From NCBI GenBank assembly GCA_963843835.1, contig CAWJMD010000008.1, positions 388,043 to 452,042 on the forward strand: a DNA stretch of 64,000 bases, in the 5' to 3' direction. This stretch comes from an uncultured Actinomycetota bacterium. Lineage in GTDB: Bacteria > Actinomycetota > Actinomycetes > Actinomycetales > CAWJMD01. Position numbers and translations under genes: made by a program. Shown piece after piece: positions 57,192 to 64,000 of this stretch (positions are counted from its first letter, which is position 1; each line of letters begins with the position of its first letter). The notes beneath the pieces were generated by a model. The model made no database searches, was not told the origin of the DNA, and saw only the letters and a program-made list of their open reading frames with translations.

Positions 57192-58652
57192 ATGGCCATC
57201 GGATGGAAGCTGCACGGAGACGGGAAGACTCTCGCACCGGGCGAGGTCGTCGCTCCTGACGAGCGACTCACCTGGGGACGGACGGCGGGGCTCGGGGCCC
57301 AGCACGTGGTCGCGATGTTCGGCGCCACCTTCGTCTTCCCCCTGATCATGGGTCTGAACCCCCAGCTCGCGATCATGATGAGCGGCATCGCGACGATCGC
57401 GTTCCTGCTGATCGTGCAGGGCAAGGTGCCCAGCTACCTCGGCACGTCGGCGTCCTTCGTCGGTGGCGTGGCCGCGATCTACGCCCAGGAGGGGACGCCG
57501 CAGCAGGTCACCGGCGCGATCCTCGTGGCCGGCGTGATCCTCGCCCTGGTCGGCGTCCTCATCCACTTCGTCGGTGCCCGGCTGATCTACAGCGTCCTCC
57601 CGCCGGTCGTGACCGGGGCCGTCGTGATGCTGATCGGCTTCAACCTGGCCCCCGTCGTCGCGAACATCTACTGGCCCCAGGACCAGTGGGTCGCCCTGCT
57701 GGTGATGCTCGCCGTCATCCTGATGAGCGTCGGGCTGCGCGGCTTCATCGGCCGCATCTCGATCTTCCTCGGTCTCGTCTTCGGCTACGCGCTCTCGTGG
57801 GTGTTCGACCGGGTCTTCGGGCAGATCACGAGCTACGACGCGGCCGCCGACGACATCACCACCCACTTCCGGGTGAACTGGGCCAACGTCGAGTCGGCGC
57901 CGTGGTTCGGCTTCCCGCCGGCCACCGACACGGCGGCAGGGATCGTCGGCTACCACCTGCCCGAGTTCAAGTGGGTGTTCGTGCTGCTGGTGATCCCCGC
58001 CGTGATCGCCCTGATCGCCGAGAACACCGGGCACGTCAAGGCGGTCGCCGAGATGACCGGCGCCGACCTCGACCCGGTGATGGGCCGTGCGATCGCCGCC
58101 GACGGCGTCGGCACCGTCCTCGCCTCCGCCGTGGGCGGTTCGCCCACCACCACCTACGCCGAGAACATCGGCGTCATGGCCGCCACCCGGGTGTACTCGA
58201 CCGCGGCCTACTTCGTCGCTGCCGGCGTAGCGATCGCCTTCGGCTTCTCGCCGAAGTTCGGCGCGATCATCTCCGCCACCCCGGGCGGCGTCCTCGGCGG
58301 CATCACCGTGGTGCTCTACGGGATGATCGGCCTGCTGGGCGCGAAGATCTGGAAGGAGAACAACGTCGACTTCGGCAACCCGATCAACCTGGTTCCGGTC
58401 GCCGCGGGCATCATCATCGCCATCGGCAACACGTCGCTGGTGTTCACCGACACCTTCTCGCTGGCGGGCATCGCGCTCGGCACGATCGTCACCGTGGGCG
58501 CCTACCACCTGGCCCGGGCGGTGGCACCGCCGCACCTTCGCGCCGCCGCCGACTCCCCGAGCCTCGTGCTCGGCGAACCGGGGATGTACACCCAGGAGGA
58601 GACGGACGGCACGCACACCAGGCTGACCAAGCGGGTGGACCGGCCCGAGTAG
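57192..58652 (+). CDS. NCS2-family nucleobase (uracil/xanthine-type) permease
   Basis: ATG 57192 after GAGAGGA. GAQHVVAMFGATFVFPLIMG and TTTYAENIGVMAATRVYS motifs, with about 12-13 TM segments. Confidence 0.85.
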   Translation: MAIGWKLHGDGKTLAPGEVVAPDERLTWGRTAGLGAQHVVAMFGATFVFPLIMGLNPQLAIMMSGIATIAFLLIVQGKVPSYLGTSASFVGGVAAIYAQEGTPQQVTGAILVAGVILALVGVLIHFVGARLIYSVLPPVVTGAVVMLIGFNLAPVVANIYWPQDQWVALLVMLAVILMSVGLRGFIGRISIFLGLVFGYALSWVFDRVFGQITSYDAAADDITTHFRVNWANVESAPWFGFPPATDTAAGIVGYHLPEFKWVFVLLVIPAVIALIAENTGHVKAVAEMTGADLDPVMGRAIAADGVGTVLASAVGGSPTTTYAENIGVMAATRVYSTAAYFVAAGVAIAFGFSPKFGAIISATPGGVLGGITVVLYGMIGLLGAKIWKENNVDFGNPINLVPVAAGIIIAIGNTSLVFTDTFSLAGIALGTIVTVGAYHLARAVAPPHLRAAADSPSLVLGEPGMYTQEETDGTHTRLTKRVDRPE

Positions 58653-58678
58653 GGCTCGCCCACGAGCTCGACGGCCAC

Positions 58679-58715
58679 GTCGGGCCGGGGCTGCTCCCGC
58701 GTACCCCGGCCCGAC
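58679..58715 (+). terminator. stem-loop after permease gene (GTCGGGCCGGGG ... CCCCGGCCCGAC, 13-nt loop)
   Basis: 12-bp perfect inverted repeat, 27 nt after the stop codon. Confidence 0.55.
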
Positions 58716-58830
58716 GCCTGCCGCCCGGTGACCCGGCCGTCCGCACGGCACCGCGACCCGCGGCGGTGTTGACTGGGCAGGAGCCGACCCGACCATGCCA
58801 CGACGACCGAAGGGCAGGCGCGATCCGTCG

Positions 58831-59724
58831 ATGAAGCCGTCCCCGCTGCGCTTCCACCGCCCCGCCACGCTGGACGAGGCGCTGGCGCTCCTGGCCGACC
58901 TCGGCGCGGACGCCAAGGTCCTGGCCGGCGGGCAGAGCCTCGTGCCGATGCTCTCGATGAGGCTGGCCGCCCCGGCGAACATCGTCGACATCACCGCGAT
59001 CCCCGGGATCGACGAGGTGACGGCCGGACCGGACGGCGTGACCTTCGGGGCCCTGGTGACCCACACGGCCCTGCTGTCGCACGACGGGGCCGCCGGTCAC
59101 CAGCCGCTGCTGCGCCGGGCGCTCCGCAATGTCGCGCACCCCACCATCCGCAACCGCGGCACGACGCTGGGCTCGATCGTCCACGCGGACCCCTCGGCCG
59201 AGATGCCCGCCGTGATGGTCCTTCTCGGGGGGACCGTGACGGTCGCCTCCGCCGCCGGCGGCGAGCGGCTGATCGCCGCGTCCGACCTCTTCCTCGGCCC
59301 GCTGGAGTCGTCTCTGGAGCCGACCGAGATCGCCCTGCAGGGCTCCGTGCCGGCTCGCCGGGGCGGTGTGGGCACCGCCGTCGAGGAGCTCGCCCGCAGG
59401 CACGGCGACTACGCGATGGCCGGCGTGGTCGCCCTGGTCGAGGCGACGGAGGGGGTCGTGCGCGCCGCACGGGCCACGTTCGTCTCCGCCGGTGAGCTGG
59501 GGGAGGTGGTCGACCTCGACGCCGCCACCGGGCTGCCGGTCGACGCCCCGCCGGACGCGTGGGCGGTCGTCGCCGACCAGGCGCGCGACCTCGTCCTCAC
59601 CGACGACGACGTCCACGCGACCGCCGCCTACCGCAGCCACCTGGTCGGTGTGCTGACCGCACGGGCCGTGGCCCGTGCCGCGGTCGACGCCACCGACCCC
59701 ACGACCCAGGAGCGTGCAGCGTGA
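58831..59724 (+). CDS. xanthine dehydrogenase family FAD-binding (medium, CoxM/CutM-like) subunit
   Basis: AGGQSLVPMLSMRL, RNRGTTLGSI and the CO-dehydrogenase flavoprotein C-terminal region (ATAAYRSHL). Confidence 0.85.
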   Translation: MKPSPLRFHRPATLDEALALLADLGADAKVLAGGQSLVPMLSMRLAAPANIVDITAIPGIDEVTAGPDGVTFGALVTHTALLSHDGAAGHQPLLRRALRNVAHPTIRNRGTTLGSIVHADPSAEMPAVMVLLGGTVTVASAAGGERLIAASDLFLGPLESSLEPTEIALQGSVPARRGGVGTAVEELARRHGDYAMAGVVALVEATEGVVRAARATFVSAGELGEVVDLDAATGLPVDAPPDAWAVVADQARDLVLTDDDVHATAAYRSHLVGVLTARAVARAAVDATDPTTQERAA

Positions 59725-60254
59725 GCGACGACGACGTGGACGTGCGCGTCAAGGTCAACGGGGTGTGGCGCGAGGTCACCGTCCCCGGGCGTCGCCTGCT
59801 CTCCGACGTGCTGCGGCACGACCTGCGCCTCACCGGTACGCACGTCGGCTGCGAGCACGGTGTCTGTGGTGCCTGCACGGTCCTCGTCGACGGGCAACCC
59901 GCCCGGTCGTGCCTGATGCTGGCGGGCTCCGCCGACGGGCGCGAGGTGACGACCGTCGAGGGGCTCAGTCCCGAGGGCGGCGGCCTGCACCCCGTCCAGC
60001 AGGCGTTCGTCGACTGCCACGGACTCCAGTGCGGCTTCTGCACACCGGGTTTCGTGACGACGATCGCCGCCTACCTGGAAGAGAACCCCGACCCGACGCC
60101 GGAGGAGGCGACCGAGGCCATCGGCGGCAACCTGTGCCGGTGCACGGGCTACCAGAACATCAAGGCAGCCGTGCTGCGGGCGGCCGAGCTCCAGCGCGAC
60201 GCCGCGGCGGCGTCCGGCCCCGCCGGCACCGTGCAGGGCGGTGAGAACGCTTGA
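59721..60254 (+). CDS. (2Fe-2S)-binding small subunit (CoxS/CutS-like)
   Basis: CEHGVCGACTV and CGFCTPG...CRCTGY cluster motifs. GTG 59721 overlaps the upstream stop. Confidence 0.9.
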   Translation: MSDDDVDVRVKVNGVWREVTVPGRRLLSDVLRHDLRLTGTHVGCEHGVCGACTVLVDGQPARSCLMLAGSADGREVTTVEGLSPEGGGLHPVQQAFVDCHGLQCGFCTPGFVTTIAAYLEENPDPTPEEATEAIGGNLCRCTGYQNIKAAVLRAAELQRDAAAASGPAGTVQGGENA

Positions 60255-62701
60255 CCACCAAGATGTTCGGCGCGCCGATCCGTCGCAAGGAGGACCCGCG
60301 CCTGTTGCGTGGAGAGGGGCGCTTCCTCGACGACCTCGGCCACGACGCCCTCGCGGCCGCCTTCGTGCGCAGCCCGCACGCGCACGCGCGCATCCTGGAC
60401 ATCGACGTGTCGGGGGCTCTCGACGTCGAAGGTGTCGTCGCGGTCTACACGTACGACGACCTGGCCGAGGACCCCGACGCCCCGGTGGCGCAGCCCCTGC
60501 CGCTGCTGATCCCCCATCCCGCCCTGACCTCCCCGCGCACGGGCTACGTGCTGGCGAAGCACGAGGTGAACCACGTCGGGGAGCCGATCGTCCTGGTCGT
60601 GGCGACCGACCGGTACATCGCGGAGGACGCCTGCGAGCGGATCAGGATCTCCTACGACTACCTCCCCGTCGTCGTCGGCGTCGAGGCCGCACGTGCGGCG
60701 GAGCACGCCGTGCACGAGGACGTGCCCGACAACGTGGCCGCGCACCTGGTCCAGGAGGTGGGCGACGTCGAGGCGGTCCTGGCCTCGTCGCCCCACACGC
60801 TGACGCTGGACCTGGAGATCGAGCGCTCCGCCTGCATGCCGATGGAGGGCAAGGGCGTCTACGCCATCTGGAACTCCGACGAGGACTCGATCCGCGTCTA
60901 CACCTCGACGCAGGCGGCGACGTCCGTGCGCATGGCGGTGGCGGCGAAGCTCGGGATGGCCCAGAACAAGGTGGAGTGCATCGCGCCCGACGTGGGGGGC
61001 GGCTTCGGGGTCAAGATCATGCACCCCTGGCCGGAGGAGGTCGTGGTCCCATGGGCGGCCCGCAACCTGGCCCGCGCCGGGATCGCCCGTGAGGTGAAGT
61101 GGACCGAGGACCGCCGCGAGCACTTCACGTCCTCGGCCCATGAGCGGGGCCAGCTGCAGACGGTCACCGTGGGGTTCGACGACGACGGGCGGCTGCTCGC
61201 GCTCGACTTCACCTTCTGGCACGACAACGGTGCCTACACCCCGTACGGGATCATCGTTCCGATCATCACGTCGACCCAGGTGCTCGGCCCGTACAAGCCG
61301 AAGGCCTATCGCTGCAACGCCTTCTCGCTCTACACCAACACCGTCATCGTCACCCCGTACCGGGGAGCCGGACGGCCCCAGGGCGTGTTCGCGATGGAAC
61401 GTGCGATGGACGCCATCGCCAGGTCCCTGGGCAAGGACCGTGCCGACGTGCGGGCCCTCAACCTGATCACTCCGGACGAGATGCCCTACGACCACCAGCT
61501 GCTCTTCCAGGACGGGCGGCCGCTCGTCTACGACTCCGGCGACTACCCGGCGGGACTGGACAAGATCAAGAAGCTCGTGGGCTGGGACGAGTTCGAGGAG
61601 TACCGCGACGCCGCTCGGGCCGAGGGGCGCCGTGTGGGCATCGGCCTCGCCGCCTACGTGGAGGGCACCGGCCCCGGACCGTACGAGGGCGCGCACGTCG
61701 TCGTCGAGTCGTCCGGGAAGGTCAAGGTCGCCACGGGCCTGACCACCCAGGGCCAGGGGCACCAGACCTCGTTCGCGCAGATCGTCGCCGACCAGCTGGG
61801 CGTACCGGTCGACGACGTCGAGGTCGTCACCGGTGACACCCGCCGGTTCCGGTACGCGGTGGGTACGTTCGCCTCCCGTGCAGCGGTGATGAGCGGCTCG
61901 GCGATGCACGTCGCGGCGGGCAAGGTGCGCGACAAGGCCCTGAGGATCGCCGCGGAGGCGCTCGAGGTGGACGCCGCCGACCTCGAGCTGGTGGACGGGG
62001 TGGCTCGGGTCAAGGGGACGCCGGTCGGCACCTCGGGGGCCGAGCTGCCGCTCTCGACCATCGCGGTGCTCTCGAACCCGTTGCGCTACGCGTTCGACGA
62101 GGCGTCGAAGGCGGCCACCCAGTTCAGCGTCGGCGACACCTCCAAGCCCCCGGTGGCCGAGGGGGACGAGCCCGGCCTCGAGGCGACCGGGTACTACTCG
62201 CCCGAGCGCTCCACCTTCGCCTCCGGGATGCACGCAGCCGTCGTCGAGACCGATCCCGACACGGCCGAGGTGAGGATCCTGAGGTACTGCGTCGTCCACG
62301 ACTGCGGGACGCTGATCAACCCGATGATCGTCGAGGGGCAGATCCACGGCGGGGTGGCACAGGGTGTGGGCGGTGCCCTCTACGAGCGGATCGTCTACGA
62401 CGAGCACGGCCAGGTGCTCAACGCCTCGTACATGGACTTCCTCATGCCCTACGCGTCCGAGGTCCCGAAGAGCATCGAGATCGACCACCTCGAGACCCGG
62501 TCCCCGCTCAACCCGCTGGGCATCAAGGGTGCAGGCGAGGCGGGCGTCATCCCGGCCGCGGCGCTGTTCGCGTCCGCGATCGAGGACGCCGAGGGCATCC
62601 CGATCCGTTCCATGCCGATCTCGCCGAGCGAGCTGTTCCACCTGCGCCTCGCCCACGCGGCCGAGTCGCTTGCCACGTCGTCAACGCAGGAGGACCGATG
62701 A
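60251..62701 (+). CDS. xanthine dehydrogenase family molybdopterin-binding large subunit
   Basis: 816 aa. N-terminus RKEDPRLLRGEGRFLDD, active-site loop PYRGAGRPQG, and C-terminal GIKGAGEAG. Confidence 0.9.
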   Translation: MTTKMFGAPIRRKEDPRLLRGEGRFLDDLGHDALAAAFVRSPHAHARILDIDVSGALDVEGVVAVYTYDDLAEDPDAPVAQPLPLLIPHPALTSPRTGYVLAKHEVNHVGEPIVLVVATDRYIAEDACERIRISYDYLPVVVGVEAARAAEHAVHEDVPDNVAAHLVQEVGDVEAVLASSPHTLTLDLEIERSACMPMEGKGVYAIWNSDEDSIRVYTSTQAATSVRMAVAAKLGMAQNKVECIAPDVGGGFGVKIMHPWPEEVVVPWAARNLARAGIAREVKWTEDRREHFTSSAHERGQLQTVTVGFDDDGRLLALDFTFWHDNGAYTPYGIIVPIITSTQVLGPYKPKAYRCNAFSLYTNTVIVTPYRGAGRPQGVFAMERAMDAIARSLGKDRADVRALNLITPDEMPYDHQLLFQDGRPLVYDSGDYPAGLDKIKKLVGWDEFEEYRDAARAEGRRVGIGLAAYVEGTGPGPYEGAHVVVESSGKVKVATGLTTQGQGHQTSFAQIVADQLGVPVDDVEVVTGDTRRFRYAVGTFASRAAVMSGSAMHVAAGKVRDKALRIAAEALEVDAADLELVDGVARVKGTPVGTSGAELPLSTIAVLSNPLRYAFDEASKAATQFSVGDTSKPPVAEGDEPGLEATGYYSPERSTFASGMHAAVVETDPDTAEVRILRYCVVHDCGTLINPMIVEGQIHGGVAQGVGGALYERIVYDEHGQVLNASYMDFLMPYASEVPKSIEIDHLETRSPLNPLGIKGAGEAGVIPAAALFASAIEDAEGIPIRSMPISPSELFHLRLAHAAESLATSSTQEDR

Positions 62702-63348
62702 AGATCAGCGGCACCGCAGACCTGGCCGCACCGCCCGACAAGGTGTTCTCGGCGCTCAACGACCCGGCCGTCCTCGCGGCGACCATCCCGGGGGTCCAGG
62801 CGCTCGACCAGGTGGGCCCGGACAGGTACACGATGACCGTGACGGCCGGGGTCGCGTCGATCAAGGGCTCGTACGACGGTGAGGTGCGCCTGGCCGACCA
62901 GCAGCCACCGGACTCGTTCACCCTCCGCGCCAGCGGTTCCGGCGCACCCGGCACGGTGGACGCCACGGTGCGTGTCCGGCTCGAGGCCGCCGGCTCCGGG
63001 ACCCACCTCGCCTACGACGCGGACGCGGTCGTCGGCGGCATGATCGGCGGTGTCGGGCAGCGGATGCTGACCGGCGTGTCCCGCAAGATGGCCGGGCAGT
63101 TCTTCGGCGCGGTCGACACCGTCATCGCGCAGGGCATCCCCGTGGCACCGGCCGCGGGCGAGGCAGTGGCACCGGTGGCGGGCGAGGAGCTCGTCCCGGC
63201 GGCGGGCATCCGCGTCCCGGCCGCCGCGGTCGCCGGCGACAACCGCGTACCGTTCTGGGTGGTGCTCGCCGGTGTCGGGGCGGGCGCGTTCTGGGCACTC
63301 GCCGGCGTCGTCGTCGGCTATGCCGTGTCACGACGGAGGAGGGACTGA
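62698..63348 (+). CDS. CoxG-like SRPBCC protein with Ala/Pro/Val-rich linker and C-terminal TM anchor
   Basis: The N-terminal ~140 aa match the CoxG family (ISGTADLAAPPDKVFSALNDPAVL...). Then PVAPAAGEAVAPVAGEELVPAAG, then FWVVLAGVGAGAFWALAGVVVGYAV-SRRRRD. Confidence 0.8.
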   Translation: MKISGTADLAAPPDKVFSALNDPAVLAATIPGVQALDQVGPDRYTMTVTAGVASIKGSYDGEVRLADQQPPDSFTLRASGSGAPGTVDATVRVRLEAAGSGTHLAYDADAVVGGMIGGVGQRMLTGVSRKMAGQFFGAVDTVIAQGIPVAPAAGEAVAPVAGEELVPAAGIRVPAAAVAGDNRVPFWVVLAGVGAGAFWALAGVVVGYAVSRRRRD

Positions 63349-64000
63349 TGCGCGCGTTCACCGCAGCCGCGCTGCAGCTGGCGCCCCTGGCCGAACCGCT
63401 CTCGCAGAGCACCATCGAGCGCAACTGCGCCACGGCGGCCGACTGGGTGCGGCGGTGCGTCGACGCGACCGGCGCGGAGCTGGTGGTGCTGCCGGAGACC
63501 GCCTCCACCGGGTTCACGCCCGGCTGCCCGCCCGAGGAGCTCTGGGACCTGGTGAGCTCGCTCCCCGGGCCGGTCACCGAGACCCTGCAGGAGGCCGCCC
63601 GCGCCACCGGGGCGCACCTCGTGTGGGGCACGTACGAGCGCGGACCCGAGCGCGGCGTCGTCTACAACACCAGCGTGCTGATCGCCCCCGACGGCGAGAT
63701 CGTGTCCACGTACCGCAAGACCCACCCGTTCTGCACCGAGATCGTCACGCGCGGCGGCTGGGTCACTCCCGGTGACGAGGTCTCCGTCGTGGACACCGAC
63801 CTCGGACGGATCGGGATGGCGATCTGCTTCGACGGCGACTACCCGGAGCTCTGGCGGATCCAGGCCGTGCAGGGCGCCGAGGTGATCGCCCGTCCGTCCG
63901 CGCTGCTGCGCTCGGCCGACATCGCGGAGCTGACCAGCCGGGCCCGCGCGTACGACAACCACGTCTACGTGGTGGCGTCGAACTCCACCGGGACCGACCC
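63348..64000 (+). CDS. carbon-nitrogen hydrolase (nitrilase superfamily), 3'-truncated by window edge
   Basis: Not in the ORF track because it has no stop codon. My translation from ATG 63348 gives MRAFTAAALQLAP...VVLPETASTGF...YRKTHPF...GMAICFDGDYPE, i.e. the Glu-Lys-Cys triad contexts. The ATG overlaps the coxG-like stop (TGATG). Confidence 0.8.
   Translation, partial: MRAFTAAALQLAPLAEPLSQSTIERNCATAADWVRRCVDATGAELVVLPETASTGFTPGCPPEELWDLVSSLPGPVTETLQEAARATGAHLVWGTYERGPERGVVYNTSVLIAPDGEIVSTYRKTHPFCTEIVTRGGWVTPGDEVSVVDTDLGRIGMAICFDGDYPELWRIQAVQGAEVIARPSALLRSADIAELTSRARAYDNHVYVVASNSTGTD

Noticed and set aside
60251-62701. Calling the three-subunit Mo enzyme an aerobic carbon monoxide dehydrogenase (coxMSL).
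   Set aside because: The large subunit has PYRGAGRPQG instead of the form I CODH active-site loop VAYRCSFR. The context (PucR, nucleobase permease, amidase) points to an N-heterocycle hydroxylase.

Overview
Very GC-rich actinobacterial chromosomal segment; as usual for such DNA, long spurious ORFs occur in all six frames. From the sequence I can support about 60 protein genes, one tRNA-Val(TAC), RNase P RNA, several stem-loops and repeats, and a GlnR-type operator. Most of the window is core metabolism. The layout resembles the mycobacterial/streptomycete FAS-II and nitrogen-assimilation neighbourhoods as I remember them. On the minus strand: AccD-type carboxyltransferase, KAS II, ACP, FabH, FabD, a PucR-type regulator and aceE. 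Then an AhpE-like peroxiredoxin and DUF3052; Nif3, zinc ribbon, rhodanese and MetZ; an RNB RNase, rnpB and map; panB, nadE, glnA2-GATase-glnE, ndh and glnA. The left 10 kb holds a collagen-like gene fragment with atypical codon usage. It also holds an envelope-glycosylation-like locus (GT87, Mo-oxidoreductase, DUF2064-methyltransferase, GT2, two-component system, epimerase). The right 13 kb holds a PucR-centred catabolic cluster: AllH/FdrA/AllG-like trio, NCS2 permease, three-subunit Mo-hydroxylase, CoxG-like protein and a C-N hydrolase. The most unusual observation is that six genes (VOC, GT87, DUF2064-MT, GT2, histidine kinase, nadE) together carry about 18 reading-frame changes. All of them shift in the same direction (+1 nt or -2 nt), and nadE also has an in-frame TAG. 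All other genes are uninterrupted. This is either clustered insertion-type sequence error or real gene decay; I cannot decide which from sequence alone. I saw no CRISPR array, transposase, integrase or recognisable defence system. Start codons are my best manual choice and may be off by some codons.
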